A DNA stretch of 60,589 nucleotides, filler included. It is 9 parts of 9 records of this genome, joined end to end, with 100 filler letters (N's around TTAATTAATTAA, not from the genome) between each part and the next. Parts side by side here need not be neighbours in the genome. Positions count along the whole stretch, not along the records: positions 33,846 to 40,558 come from SRR31156797_110916; positions 40,659 to 46,394 come from SRR31156797_110953; positions 46,495 to 54,320 come from SRR31156797_110968; 6 more parts are not named here. One strand, written 5' to 3'. Below, one piece after another: positions 38,400-49,314 of the stretch; the first letter of the stretch is position 1; every line of letters starts with the position of its first letter. The notes below the pieces were generated by a model. It made no database searches. It had not been told where the DNA came from and was given only the letters and a program-made list of their open reading frames with translations. The position numbers and the translations under genes were made by a program.

Positions 38400-39776
38400 A
38401 TGACCGTCAGCGTTTTCGACATATTCAAGATTGGAATCGGACCTTCCAGTTCCCATACGGTCGGGCCGATGACGGCGGCGAGGATCTTTGCGGAAGGATT
38501 GGCGTCGTCCGGGAAGGCATCGGGTGTTCGCCGCGTCACCGTCGAACTGTTTGGCTCGCTTGCCTTGACCGGTCCGGGGCACGGCACCGATGGGGCCGTC
38601 ATCCTGGGGCTTGCCGGCGCCAGGGCCGATCGGATCGACCCGGACGCGGCCGCTCAAGACTTGAAAAGAATCCGATCGTCGAGCCGTCTGTCGTTAGCGG
38701 ATGGACCGGAAATCGCTTTTTCTGAAACCACCGATCTGATCCTGCACGGCGGTGTAACCCTGCCGCATCATGTGAACGGCATGCGTTTTTCGGCCTATGA
38801 CCATAATGAATCCAGGATCGAATCCGGCGATTTTTATTCCGTCGGCGGTGGATTTGTCGCAACCGAGGCGGATTTCGCACCCGGGGCCCGTGTCGAAACC
38901 GGCCACGACGTGCCTTATCCTTTCGACAGTGCGGTCGATTTGCTGGCGATCGGGGAAAAAGAAGGCCTTTCAATTCGCGATATCGCTCTTGCCAACGAAG
39001 AGGTCGGTCGCAAGACCGTAGACGTACATGCTGGCATCAAAGGCATTTGGCGAGTGATGGAGGCCTGCTTCGAGCGCGGAATATCGACCGAAGGCAAACT
39101 CCCCGGCCCCCTGGCGGTGCGGCGGCGTGCCAAGGCGTATTACGATTCCCTGATTCAATCCGACGAAGGTGGTGCCAATCTGCCCATCGAACCGCTCGAT
39201 TGGGTGAACCTTTACGCCATCGCCATCAACGAAGAAAACGCCGCCGGCGGTCGTGTTGTTACGGCGCCGACGAATGGAGCGGCGGGGATCATTCCCGCCG
39301 TAATCTCCTATTATATGCGGTATCGCGCCGGCAACGACGCCGGCGTCGTCACCTTTCTTTTGACGGCCGGTGCAATCGGCAGCCTCTATAAGGAAAACGC
39401 TTCCATATCCGGGGCCGAAATGGGATGCCAGGGCGAAGTCGGCGTCGCCTGTTCGATGGCTGCGGCCGGATTGGCGGCGGCCCTCGGCGGCACCAACGCC
39501 CAGATCGAGAACGCCGCCGAAATCGGCATGGAACACAATCTCGGACTGACCTGCGATCCGATCGGAGGTTTGGTTCAGATTCCCTGCATCGAACGAAACG
39601 CCATGGGTGCCGTAAAAGCCATCAATGCCGCCAAGATTGCGTTGCGAGGCGACGGGCGGCATGTCGTTTCGCTCGATGCGGTGATCGAGACCATGCGCCA
39701 GACCGGCATCGACATGGGCAGCAAATACAAGGAAACGTCGACAGGCGGGTTGGCCGTCAACGTCGTCAATTGTTAG
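38400..39776 (+). CDS. sdaA: L-serine ammonia-lyase (Fe-S dependent)
   Basis: [47 protein letters not shown]. Confidence 0.96.
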   Translation: MTVSVFDIFKIGIGPSSSHTVGPMTAARIFAEGLASSGKASGVRRVTVELFGSLALTGPGHGTDGAVILGLAGARADRIDPDAAAQDLKRIRSSSRLSLADGPEIAFSETTDLILHGGVTLPHHVNGMRFSAYDHNESRIESGDFYSVGGGFVATEADFAPGARVETGHDVPYPFDSAVDLLAIGEKEGLSIRDIALANEEVGRKTVDVHAGIKGIWRVMEACFERGISTEGKLPGPLAVRRRAKAYYDSLIQSDEGGANLPIEPLDWVNLYAIAINEENAAGGRVVTAPTNGAAGIIPAVISYYMRYRAGNDAGVVTFLLTAGAIGSLYKENASISGAEMGCQGEVGVACSMAAAGLAAALGGTNAQIENAAEIGMEHNLGLTCDPIGGLVQIPCIERNAMGAVKAINAAKIALRGDGRHVVSLDAVIETMRQTGIDMGSKYKETSTGGLAVNVVNC

Positions 39777-39806
39777 GGATTTTCCTTCGTTCGGGCTTCC
39801 GGTGCC

Positions 39807-40556
39807 TCAGAAACTACCGCGTAGTTTCAGCCAGTCGTGCCGGTCCCGGGATTCGACGACGATCTGTCCGATCGCCATGTTACCGGTGGTCGATGAGATG
39901 ACGTCGATGGGAATGTTGGCCCCGGCATCGCCGAGCGACTGAACCTTGCGCAGGAAATCGACCATTCCCCGGACGGTCTTACCGTTGACCCCCATAATGA
40001 TGTCGCCCGCCTTGATGCCGGCGGAATCGGCGGGGCCGCCTTTTACGACGCGGGCCACGAAAACGCGCCCGGCGGTTTCGTTGGTATAGAGACCGAGCCA
40101 CGGATTGGCCGGGTCGGTCCGCCGGCCATCGGCCAAAAGACCCGCTAGTATGGGTTTCAAAAGGTCAATCGGAACGAACATGTTGCCAGGCACCGGCGTA
40201 TCGCCCTGCACGGCATCGCCGACGAAAAGGGATCCGATGCCGATCAGTTCGCCGTCGATGCCGATCAGCGGCGCGCCGCCGTAACCGGGATGCGGCGGCG
40301 ACGTGAAGATGGCGTTTTCCAACAGGTATTCCCAATACCCGGCGAAGGGACGCCGGTCGACGATCTTTTGCGGCGTCATCGGGCGCGGCCCCGTGTGGCC
40401 AAGCGCCAGCACCAAATCGCCGGTCGTGAGATCGTCCGACGAGCCGATCTTGACCGGTTTGACATCGATGGGAACCAGCGTTCGGACCAGTCCAAATCCG
40501 GTTTCGTGATCATAGGCGACGATCGAAGCCGGATACAGGCGTCCTTCGGGCCCTCG
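39807..40556 (-). CDS. HtrA/S1C-like protease-fold + PDZ protein, probably catalytically inactive (5' truncated)
   Basis: AYDHETGFGLV, PHPGYGGAPLI..GELIGIGS, PWLGL..GPADSAGIKAGDII (PDZ). Confidence 0.8.
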   Translation of the reverse strand, partial: RGPEGRLYPASIVAYDHETGFGLVRTLVPIDVKPVKIGSSDDLTTGDLVLALGHTGPRPMTPQKIVDRRPFAGYWEYLLENAIFTSPPHPGYGGAPLIGIDGELIGIGSLFVGDAVQGDTPVPGNMFVPIDLLKPILAGLLADGRRTDPANPWLGLYTNETAGRVFVARVVKGGPADSAGIKAGDIIMGVNGKTVRGMVDFLRKVQSLGDAGANIPIDVISSTTGNMAIGQIVVESRDRHDWLKLRGSF

Positions 40557-40558
40557 GA

Positions 40559-40658
40559 NNNNNNNNNNNNNNNNNNNNNNNNNNNNNNNNNNNNNNNNNN
40601 NNTTAATTAATTAANNNNNNNNNNNNNNNNNNNNNNNNNNNNNNNNNNNNNNNNNNNN
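40559..40658. other. Artificial contig spacer
   Basis: N44-TTAATTAATTAA-N44. Confidence 0.98.
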
Positions 40659-40660
40659 CC

Positions 40661-40804
40661 GGATGCACCAAGGAAATGCACATTGCGCAGGACGTGCAGA
40701 AACGTCACCGTGAATTACAGATTATCGGTCCTGGTTCTGATAAATTTCTTAGACGGCGCGAATACGGAGTCGGGCGATTTAGTGACGTGGTTATAGAGTC
40801 TTAA
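40661..40804 (+). CDS. C-terminal fragment of an unidentified protein
   Basis: Open frame GCTKEMHIAQDVQKRHRELQ..VVIES* ending 6 nt before mltA. Confidence 0.45.
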   Translation, partial: GCTKEMHIAQDVQKRHRELQIIGPGSDKFLRRREYGVGRFSDVVIES

Positions 40805-40810
40805 GTCAAA

Positions 40811-42091
40811 ATGAAAAAAAATATTTCCACTATCAGATTACTGGCGGTTTTTTGCCTGCTTTCAGTCCTTCTTTGCGGTTGTGCCGCTAAAATTAGCACT
40901 CTCCCCAAAAAAAAGGTTGTTTCGCAGCGTACTAAAACCAAGGTCTGGAAAAGTAAAAAAGCCAGCGGGAAGTTTGTTTCCGGTCCGGTACGCTATTCCC
41001 AATTGCCGCAGCAGTCATCTACTATTGCCGCGCGGAGGCTTTCAGCACAGAGTCAGAGCCTGCGCTCTTGGCGTGACCTCGGTCCGCAGATTCGAAAGTC
41101 AATTGAATATGTGCAGCGTAATCCCTCCGGTGGGCTGGCACTCAGACGCAAAGAGTTGCGCCTTACATGGGGACAACTTCGCAAATCACTGGAAGACCTT
41201 GAAAGATTGCTGCCCCGACTGGACCGTAATCCGGAGTTGCTTGGCAAGTATTTTGTCTGGTATGAACTCCAGTCCGGTGCGGAGATGACCGGTTATTATA
41301 CCCCGGTTATTGAAGCCAGCCTGACCAAAAAAGGGCCGTACAAATATCCGGTCTACAGGCTTCCTCCTGACCTGCGTAAAGCCCGTCCGGGGCAGACACA
41401 TCCGTGGTCGGAGCAGTTGCGCAAGGCTTACCGGGTTGAAAATGGAAAGATACTTCCGTATCATTCCCGCCGTGCTATCGACATCGACAAGGTTCTCGCT
41501 GGTAGAGGGCTGGAGGTTGCATGGCTCAAAGATCCCGTAGATTTGTTCTACATGCATGTGCAGGGTGGGGGAGTATTGCGTCTTCCTGACGGGCGTTTGC
41601 GTACAGCTGTATTCAGCGGCAGTAACGGGCGTTCCTTCAAAGGACTCGGCAGTATAATGCTTCATAGCGGAGTACTCAAGAAGAGTCAGCTTTCCCGCGA
41701 AAAGATCAAAGCCTGGTTGCTCAAGCATCCCAGACAGATGTGGGAATTGATGGCTAAGAATGAAAGTTACATATTTTTCAAGGTGACCCGTGGGCAACCG
41801 CAGGCCGCTATCGGCAAGTCACTGAAATCAATGGTCAGTCTTGCTACGGACCCACAGCTCATTCCGCTTGGTTCCATTGTTTCTTTCCGCACGGATATTT
41901 ATCCTAAAAGAGGCCGTCCTTCCCGCAGGGTAAACGGTGTAGGACTGGCACAGGATACCGGGAAAGCAATCAAAGGCACGCGTCTTGATTACTACATCGG
42001 GACCGGGAACCAGTTCAAATATCCGGCGCATCACCTGAAAACGCATGTGCCCGTATATTTATTGATAAGTAAATCTGCCCTGCGTAGATAA
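40811..42091 (+). CDS. mltA: Membrane-bound lytic murein transglycosylase A
   Basis: Lipobox LCGC; TGYYTP, YPVYRLP, MHVQGGG, NESYIFF, AQDTGKAIKG..LDYYIG (3D domain). Confidence 0.92.
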   Translation: MKKNISTIRLLAVFCLLSVLLCGCAAKISTLPKKKVVSQRTKTKVWKSKKASGKFVSGPVRYSQLPQQSSTIAARRLSAQSQSLRSWRDLGPQIRKSIEYVQRNPSGGLALRRKELRLTWGQLRKSLEDLERLLPRLDRNPELLGKYFVWYELQSGAEMTGYYTPVIEASLTKKGPYKYPVYRLPPDLRKARPGQTHPWSEQLRKAYRVENGKILPYHSRRAIDIDKVLAGRGLEVAWLKDPVDLFYMHVQGGGVLRLPDGRLRTAVFSGSNGRSFKGLGSIMLHSGVLKKSQLSREKIKAWLLKHPRQMWELMAKNESYIFFKVTRGQPQAAIGKSLKSMVSLATDPQLIPLGSIVSFRTDIYPKRGRPSRRVNGVGLAQDTGKAIKGTRLDYYIGTGNQFKYPAHHLKTHVPVYLLISKSALRR

Positions 42092-42114
42092 ACTATATTT
42101 AAAAGAAAAATCTA

Positions 42115-42196
42115 ATGTTACCTGCGGCGAAGCCAGAGTAAAAGGTTTTGGGATTCTTAAACCCTTTTACAAAAGGGTTTAAGCCGCCGGAGGCAT
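42115..42196. repeat. Intergenic palindromic repeat (REP-like)
   Basis: CTTAAACCCTTTT-AC-AAAAGGGTTTAAG (42156-42183) flanked by CTGCGGCGAAGCC and GCCGCCGGAGGCAT. Confidence 0.6.
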
Positions 42197-42216
42197 TCCA
42201 TAAGGAGCCATATATA

Positions 42217-43659
42217 ATGCAGTTTGAAACAGTAATCGGGCTTGAGGTTCACGCCCAGCTTAAGACCAAGACCAAGATTTTCTGCGGTTGTTCCACTGAA
42301 TTCGGTAAGGACCCCAACGAGAACGTTTGCGAAGTTTGCTCCGGCATGCCCGGTGTGCTTCCGGTTCTTAATGAAAAGGTCATGGAATACGCCGCCAAAA
42401 TGGGGCTTGCTACCAATTGTACCGTGAACCAGAAATCTATTTTTGCCCGTAAGAACTATTTCTACCCCGACCTGCCCAAGGGTTATCAGATTTCTCAGTT
42501 CGATTTGCCCATCTGCGAACACGGTCATCTTGATGTTTCATGGGAAGATGCGGACGGTGAGAAGCTGTCCAAGCGCATCGGAATCACCCGTATCCACATG
42601 GAAGAAGATGCCGGTAAAAACATTCATTCAGTTGCTGAAAACGCTAGCTTTGTGGACCTGAACCGTACCGGTGTGCCGCTCATTGAGATCGTCAGTGAGC
42701 CGGACATGCGTAGCGCTGATGAAGCTGTTGCATATCTTAAAGCCTTGCGTTCCATTCTGCTTTACCTCGGCATCTGCGACGGTAACCTTGAAGAAGGCTC
42801 CTTCCGCTGTGACGCTAACATTTCCGTGCGTCCTGTGGGACAGAAGGAATTCGGCACCCGCGCGGAAATTAAGAACATCAACTCTTTCCGCAACATCCAC
42901 AAAGCCATTCGTTATGAAGTTGCCCGCCAGATCGACCTTATCGAAGATGGTGAAAAGGTTGTGCAGGAAACTCGTCTTTATGATGCGGACAAGGGTACCA
43001 CCCATTCCATGCGCGGCAAGGAAGAAGCTCACGACTACCGCTACTTCCCGGACCCGGACCTCGTGCCGCTGGTTATCGCTGATGAATGGCTTGGCGAATG
43101 GCAGGCATCCCTGCCCGAGCTGCCCGCAGAGCGTAAAACCCGTTTTATCGATGATATGGAACTCAGTGAAGATGATGCCGAATTGATAAGCTCGGAAAAA
43201 GATGTAGCTGATTATTTTGAAGCGGTTCTTGAGACCCATGATGCTCCCAAGAAGGTAGTTAACTGGATCAAAGGTGACTTTTTACGCGAACTTCATCAGT
43301 CCGAAATGACCGTGGCTGAGTGCAAGTTCAAACCGGAAATGATGGCCAAGCTGATTCAGCTTGTTGATAAGGATGTTATCAGCATCAAGATCGGTAAAGA
43401 CATTTTCAACGATGTCTTCACCGAAGGTCTTGATCCTGAAAAGTACGTCAAGGATAAAGGACTGGTTCAGATTTCCGACAGTTCTTCCCTTGAAGCCGTG
43501 GTTGATAAAGTTCTGGCCGACAATCCTGATGAGGTTGAAGCTTTCAAGGGCGGCAAGAAAAAACTGATGAGCTTCTTCATGGGCCAGATCATGCGTGAGA
43601 CCAAGGGTAAGGCCAACCCCGGTATGGTCAGCAAGATGATTTCCGAGAAACTTTCCTAA
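42217..43659 (+). CDS. gatB: Asp/Glu-tRNA amidotransferase subunit B
   Basis: [53 protein letters not shown]. Confidence 0.97.
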   Translation: MQFETVIGLEVHAQLKTKTKIFCGCSTEFGKDPNENVCEVCSGMPGVLPVLNEKVMEYAAKMGLATNCTVNQKSIFARKNYFYPDLPKGYQISQFDLPICEHGHLDVSWEDADGEKLSKRIGITRIHMEEDAGKNIHSVAENASFVDLNRTGVPLIEIVSEPDMRSADEAVAYLKALRSILLYLGICDGNLEEGSFRCDANISVRPVGQKEFGTRAEIKNINSFRNIHKAIRYEVARQIDLIEDGEKVVQETRLYDADKGTTHSMRGKEEAHDYRYFPDPDLVPLVIADEWLGEWQASLPELPAERKTRFIDDMELSEDDAELISSEKDVADYFEAVLETHDAPKKVVNWIKGDFLRELHQSEMTVAECKFKPEMMAKLIQLVDKDVISIKIGKDIFNDVFTEGLDPEKYVKDKGLVQISDSSSLEAVVDKVLADNPDEVEAFKGGKKKLMSFFMGQIMRETKGKANPGMVSKMISEKLS

Positions 43660-43676
43660 CCAAAGCGAGATTTATA

Positions 43677-44717
43677 ATGACCGAGCATATTCAGTTTTCC
43701 TCTGAGAAAGACGCCCTCGTACTGCTGGACCAGCGTTACCTGCCCACCCGCGAGGATTGGTTTGATTGCAAGACCACCGATGATATAGTTGAAGCACTCG
43801 TGGTCATGGTTGTGCGTGGTGCTCCTGCCATCGGCGTGACAGCTGCTTACGGCTGTTACCTTGCAGGACGTGAAGTAGCTGGCAGCGCAGACTGGAAAGC
43901 CGAGCTAAAAAAGAATCTCGACAAGATCGAATACGCCCGTCCTACTGCAGTTAACCTGCGTTGGGCTGTGCGCGAAATGAGACGCATCTGGGAAGAAGCA
44001 GGCGATGTTTCTCTCGATGAACTCTGCAATATTTGGCTTAAGCGTGCTAAAGAAATCCACGTGGATGATATTCGTATGTGTGAAGACATCGGTAAGTTCG
44101 GTGGCGAGCTCATGGATGACGGCGATACTATCATGACCCATTGCAATGCCGGTGCACTGGCTACCGCTGGTTACGGTACCGCACTGGGCGTTGTGCGTGG
44201 CGCGGTTGATCAGGGCAAGAAGGTTTCCGTTATTGCCAATGAAACCCGTCCTTTTCTTCAGGGTGCACGCCTCACTGCATACGAACTGCATCGTGACGGC
44301 ATTCCGGTAAAGGTTGCCTGCGATAACGCCTGCGCACTGCTGATGAAGAAAGGTCTGGTTCAGAAGGTTGTGGTTGGTGCTGACCGCGTGACCGCCAACG
44401 GTGATGCAGTAAACAAGATCGGAACCTACGGCGTGGCTTTGCTGGCCCGTGAATTCGGTATCCCGTTCTACGTTGCCGCTCCGGTCTACACCATCGATCC
44501 TGAAACCCCCACTGGTGACGATGTTCCCATCGAAGATCGCACTCCCACCGAAGTAACCCACGTGGGCGATCACCGCATCACCCCCGAGGGTGTGGAAGTT
44601 TTCAACTTCGCCTTTGACCCGACTCCCAACGAACTCATCGCCGGGATTATCACCGAGAAGGGCGTTCTGAGACCTCCTTACACTGAGGCTATCAAGAAGC
44701 TTTTTGAAGAAGAGTAG
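43677..44717 (+). CDS. mtnA: S-methyl-5-thioribose-1-phosphate isomerase
   Basis: [47 protein letters not shown]. Confidence 0.95.
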   Translation: MTEHIQFSSEKDALVLLDQRYLPTREDWFDCKTTDDIVEALVVMVVRGAPAIGVTAAYGCYLAGREVAGSADWKAELKKNLDKIEYARPTAVNLRWAVREMRRIWEEAGDVSLDELCNIWLKRAKEIHVDDIRMCEDIGKFGGELMDDGDTIMTHCNAGALATAGYGTALGVVRGAVDQGKKVSVIANETRPFLQGARLTAYELHRDGIPVKVACDNACALLMKKGLVQKVVVGADRVTANGDAVNKIGTYGVALLAREFGIPFYVAAPVYTIDPETPTGDDVPIEDRTPTEVTHVGDHRITPEGVEVFNFAFDPTPNELIAGIITEKGVLRPPYTEAIKKLFEEE

Positions 44718-44792
44718 AGTGCTTTTGGGCTAATAAACTCTTTACAGCCCCACACTCATTGTGCCATAGGACTCCTTTAAGGAGATTTTAAT

Positions 44793-44823
44793 AGCGGGAA
44801 GCGGATGTCTTCCCGCTTTTTTT
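44793..44823 (+). terminator. Rho-independent terminator
   Basis: AGCGGGAAG-CGGATGT-CTTCCCGCT followed by Ts. Confidence 0.8.
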
Positions 44824-44892
44824 GATATATAGTGCTACTCACGGAAACAGTAATTCTCGTGGCGCATTTCATTTTTTTTTCGGAGGCCAGCC

Positions 44893-46245
44893 ATGCTGCC
44901 AACCATCGCACTTATCGGACGTCCCAACGTAGGAAAGTCCACTTTATTCAACAGATTGTTGAGAAAAAAAAGGGCAATCACCCATGATATGCCCGGTATT
45001 ACCCGTGACCGAATTTATGCCGAAGGCCATTTTGACGGGGTGCACTACGCCCTGATCGATACCGGCGGTCTGGTTATGGAAAGTGACAATGATTCAGAAG
45101 AATTTCAGGGCGACATCTTCGAACAGGCTCGTGAAGCCATCGAAGAGTCTCAGGCCCTTATCCTTGTTGTGGACGGACGTGCCGGGATAACCCAGCTTGA
45201 TGAGCAGGTTGCCGCTTACATCCGCCAGAGCAACAAGCCGATCCTGCTGTTGGTCAACAAAGTTGACGGTTCAGAGCTGGAAGCCTCAGCTACTGCTGAT
45301 TTTCATGCCCTCGGTTTTGAGATGATGGCTGTTTCCGCAGAGCACGGTTTCAACCTGCTTGAATTGCGTGAAAAGGTCGCCGACATGGCCCTTGCCACCG
45401 GCATTGAGTACGAAGAGGAAGACGAGGAGGCCCTTGGTCTTAAAATCGCCATGCTCGGCCGTCCCAATGCGGGTAAATCTTCCATGGTCAATGCCTTGAC
45501 CGGAGAAGAGCGGGTTATCGTCAGTGATATTGCCGGAACCACCCGTGACAGCGTGGACGTTACTTTTGAGAGCGGCGGAAAAATTTATACCTTTGTTGAC
45601 ACCGCCGGGGTTCGCCGCCGGACCAACATCACTGATACCATTGAACGGTTTAGTGTTGTGCGTGCTCTTAGGAGCAGTACCAAGGCTGATATTACCGTTA
45701 TGGTTGTGGATGCGCTGGCCGGAATCACCAAGCAGGATAAGCGTTTGCTGGAATACCTGCTGCGTGAAGCGGTACCTTTCATCATCACTGTGAATAAGAT
45801 TGATCTTGTTTCCAAACAGGAACGCGCCGCATTGCGGGAAGGGTTCGAAAGGGCCTTGCGCATGGCTCACCATGTGCCGGTGGTTTATACATCCTGCATT
45901 TCCAAGTCTGGACTGGGCGGAATCCTGCCTCTTGCCAGCAAGTTGAAAAAGGAATGTTCTTTGCGTATTTCTACTGGGCAGCTGAACCGGATCATGAAGG
46001 AAATCATCGAGAAGCATCAGCCTCCAGTGGTTAAGCGCAGAAGGGCCAAGTTCAAGTACATGACTCAGGCCGACGATGAGCCGCCAACCTTTATTTTCTT
46101 CATCAATGATGAAAAATTGATCAAGGCTACCTATCATCGTTTTCTTGAAAACAGACTCAGGAAAATCCTGAATGTGAAGCATGCACCTCTGAATATTGTC
46201 TTTCGCTCAACATTTAGGGCAAAAGAAGATATAGTTCATAAATAA
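44893..46245 (+). CDS. der: Ribosome biogenesis GTPase Der (EngA)
   Basis: Two G domains (GRPNVGKS, DTGG, NKVD; GRPNAGKS, DTAG, NKID) and a KH-like C-terminus. Confidence 0.97.
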   Translation: MLPTIALIGRPNVGKSTLFNRLLRKKRAITHDMPGITRDRIYAEGHFDGVHYALIDTGGLVMESDNDSEEFQGDIFEQAREAIEESQALILVVDGRAGITQLDEQVAAYIRQSNKPILLLVNKVDGSELEASATADFHALGFEMMAVSAEHGFNLLELREKVADMALATGIEYEEEDEEALGLKIAMLGRPNAGKSSMVNALTGEERVIVSDIAGTTRDSVDVTFESGGKIYTFVDTAGVRRRTNITDTIERFSVVRALRSSTKADITVMVVDALAGITKQDKRLLEYLLREAVPFIITVNKIDLVSKQERAALREGFERALRMAHHVPVVYTSCISKSGLGGILPLASKLKKECSLRISTGQLNRIMKEIIEKHQPPVVKRRRAKFKYMTQADDEPPTFIFFINDEKLIKATYHRFLENRLRKILNVKHAPLNIVFRSTFRAKEDIVHK

Positions 46246-46268
46246 TTCAAAAAAGTTTAAAAATGTTG

Positions 46269-46297
46269 TTGACAGTCAGGGGGCGCAGATGTATTAC
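46269..46297 (+). promoter_or_regulatory. sigma70 promoter for tRNA-Ser
   Basis: TTGACA-N17-TATTAC. Confidence 0.65.
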
Positions 46298-46346
46298 AAC
46301 GCTTCCTGAGTGAGTGAAGCGGATCACGCTTCTTCACCACATATAC

Positions 46347-46394
46347 GGAGAGGTGGCCGAGCACGGCTGAAGGCGCTCGCCTGCTAAGCGAGTA
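46347..46394 (+). tRNA. tRNA-Ser(GCT), 5' part (truncated by contig end)
   Basis: GGAGAGG-TG-GCCGAGCACGGCTGAAGGC D-arm; anticodon arm CTCGC-CTGCTAA-GCGAG. Confidence 0.9.
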
Positions 46395-46494
46395 NNNNNN
46401 NNNNNNNNNNNNNNNNNNNNNNNNNNNNNNNNNNNNNNTTAATTAATTAANNNNNNNNNNNNNNNNNNNNNNNNNNNNNNNNNNNNNNNNNNNN
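46395..46494. other. Artificial contig spacer
   Basis: N44-TTAATTAATTAA-N44. Confidence 0.98.
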
Positions 46495-48208
46495 ACCCAT
46501 GGTATTCAGGGATTTTCTTTATCCAGTTTGGGCGAAGTTCGTCTATTTTCTTGTTGAACAAGGTTTCCAGGGCATGCCGGTGTTCCTTGGAAAAGTATTT
46601 TGAATCACCGTTCAGAACAGGGATATGAGTCATCCCAAGCTCGGTGGGTGCGGCGTAGTGAAACCGTCCGGTCCAGACCCGGAAATACGAGGAATCCTTT
46701 GCCAGATGATCGGCGATTGCGGGGTAACCGGTTTGATTGGTAAGAACTGCGGAGTTGGTTTGCACATTGAAAAACAGTATCTGAAGGATAAACAACAGTA
46801 CGATGCCGTTTTTGACAGACCGTTCATTGCAGGGCACAGTGCAGGGCAACACAAGCAGAACAGCCAAAACCAGGAATTTTACCTGCAGGCCCAAGGTCAA
46901 ATGATTGTTCAACAGGTCAACAACGGACATTCCGGCAAACTTCCCTGCCGGGGAGGCGACACAATACAGCCGGTCCAGAATAATCGACAGGCACAAAAGC
47001 AGCAACAGTCCCGCAACCGGAACAACCCTGTGATAATACCGCTTTATGCTGACGGTTCGGATCGAATCGAATCCATAGGCAGAGACAAAGGCAAGTGAAA
47101 TTGTCAGGCCATACTGGATCCCTGCATTTTCCCGGATGTTTTTGAAAATAAAATTGCTTGAAACCAGCTCCAGCAAATGATCAAGGGGATAAACATTCCC
47201 CATGAAAATCAACAGGGAGAACAGAACGACTCCGCCAAAGCAGTAGAATGTCTTGTTGGGATATTGCCGATGGTTCAACACAAGCAGCATCACCAGCGGA
47301 AAACTGCATATGGAAACAAAGGGGTAAAGGAGATCCTCATGAACGCCGACGGCCCCATAGAAAACGGGAACAACAATATTCAACAGGGTTATCTGGGGCG
47401 GCAGCCAGTCCTGGAGAGACGTTACCGGATTGAAATTAATGTGGTTGCCGATCAGATACTTGAATTCAGGCAAGAAGAGAACGGCCCACAAGGTCATTCC
47501 GGCCAGGCTCATGGCGACCGACTCCATCACCGTGACAGCCATCGCTTTTCCCGGGCTGTTGTTCAGCCGGTTGTAATAGACGCCGACACACAGGAAAAAC
47601 GGGTAAAGCATCACAAAAAGGTAATGGGCAAGCACACAGATGAGATACCCCAGTATCAGCGAGGACAGGAAAAAAAAGCTGGCTTTTCTCTTTTTAAGAT
47701 ATTTTATGTAAAGCAGGAACGCCGTGTTGATAAGGATAAACGCAAGAAGTCCGTTGATCCTTCCGGAAAAAACAAATTTTTTGAGATACCATGAATTTGA
47801 GACAATGATCATCAATACCCATGCGGCTTCCCGGGAGAGATCAAGTTCCCTTGCTGTCAGATACAGCACCAGGCAGAGGAGAAGCACTTCGACCATGAAT
47901 ATCAGATTCAGCTGGAAATTCCGGTATTCGGAAGTTGAATCGATCAGCTTTGCCACCCAGACATACCGTTCCGGGGTCGACAGCACAGGAACGCCGCCAA
48001 GCTTGTAGGGATTCCACAGGGGGTAAAAAGACTCTGCGGCATCTGCAAATTCCACGTAGGGCATGATCCTGCTGCCGTCGCCCATGGGGGTAAAGTCGTT
48101 GGTCATGAGGCCGCCGTAATTTGCGGCCAGGCCGAACAGAAAGACGGCCAGGAGGGACCGGTTAATGCCGGGAACACATTTTTTTACCGTTAACAAAAGT
48201 GTCTCCAT
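46495..48208 (-). CDS. YfhO-like multi-pass GT-C membrane protein (3' truncated)
   Basis: PLWNPYKLGGVP motif after the first TM; more than 10 TM helices; soluble tail FRV..LNGDS. Confidence 0.68.
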
Positions 48209-48216
48209 GGATTGGG

Positions 48217-49314
48217 CTACCCCCTGCTGCGCCGCTTTGAACGAAACGTTATCCAATGCCTTCCTGTCCGGGCCAGGGAAAGGCCAAGCCGGTTGGTCAA
48301 AAACAGGGCCAGGGGCAGATGATTCTTTACGGCACGCCCCCAGGAATTAACGGAAAAAAAAGCGTGCACCCTGTAGAAGCTCAGTTGGCCTTTGAAAAAA
48401 AGGGTCCTGAAAAGACCGGGAGGAGAACAAACCCGGTCATAGCCGCAGTCCCTGAGGGTTTCCCCGGCAATGAACTCAAACAGGGCGCACTCCTTTTCCG
48501 ACATCCGGGTGCGCCATTTTTCCTTGTTTCCCTTGACAAATGTTTTTGATAGCAACGGATGGGAGGCTTTGGAAGTCATCTTCCTGGCCATGTCGCACTT
48601 GAAGAAATCAAGCGCTATGGCGTCTGCCGGAATTCCGAGAAAAGCTGCGATATCCTGCAGGATGGTTTCAGGCCCCTCGATGAGATCTTCATACCGGAAC
48701 TCAAAGTAGGCATCCGGATGGTGCCGCCCCCACCTCTTTTTTTCCTCAACATGTTCTTTCCAGGCAAGGGCGCCCTGGGCAAGAGAAGCCGGGCCGGTCC
48801 ATATTTTTTGCCAGGACAGGCACACATCCCTTCCATCACGAATGACATGGATAAATTTTGAGGCCGGCAGGGCTCCCTGTAATGTTGACAGGGGAATGTG
48901 ATGGAAAAACGCGCTTTTATCGCCCGCAAGGCTCCGCCCGGTCCTTCCGGCATAGGCGGCAAACAATTGATGTATGATTGTTCCATAGGAGCTCGAGCGC
49001 CGGGCGATCATGTCCCTGTCCGGCCGGGTGATGAGCAGGCTCAGCTCTCTGACCGTCCGGGGATCACGGTCCCTGGACGCTTTCAATGTCCAGATCTCGA
49101 GGAATTCATAGATGCAGTCAAGGAGCCGCACCCGGTTTTCATAGGATTCAAGGCTCCCCCATAATGACTTATAACGATGGAACAAGGGAATGAAATGGGT
49201 CTCCACCGGTATTGCAAAATCAAACTGGGAACTTAGGTTGACAACCGTGAGGTAGGTTCCGGACCTGGGGCAGCCGACAATATGAATAAAATCTTTCATT
49301 GAACGTTCCAACAT
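48217..49314 (-). CDS. PAPS-dependent sulfotransferase family protein
   Basis: 5'-PSB GCPRSGT, ETHF, GDKS, 3'-PB HVIRDGRDVCLS, RYEDL. Confidence 0.88.
   Translation of the reverse strand: MLERSMKDFIHIVGCPRSGTYLTVVNLSSQFDFAIPVETHFIPLFHRYKSLWGSLESYENRVRLLDCIYEFLEIWTLKASRDRDPRTVRELSLLITRPDRDMIARRSSSYGTIIHQLFAAYAGRTGRSLAGDKSAFFHHIPLSTLQGALPASKFIHVIRDGRDVCLSWQKIWTGPASLAQGALAWKEHVEEKKRWGRHHPDAYFEFRYEDLIEGPETILQDIAAFLGIPADAIALDFFKCDMARKMTSKASHPLLSKTFVKGNKEKWRTRMSEKECALFEFIAGETLRDCGYDRVCSPPGLFRTLFFKGQLSFYRVHAFFSVNSWGRAVKNHLPLALFLTNRLGLSLARTGRHWITFRSKRRSRG

Noticed and set aside
44720-44792. Possible small RNA between mtnA and der (CTCCTTTAAGGAG hairpin)
   Set aside because: Only a short hairpin before the terminator, with no promoter or recognisable family; insufficient support.
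42217-46394. gatB-mtnA-der-tRNA-Ser cluster as a novel system
   Set aside because: Ordinary housekeeping genes with intact canonical motifs.
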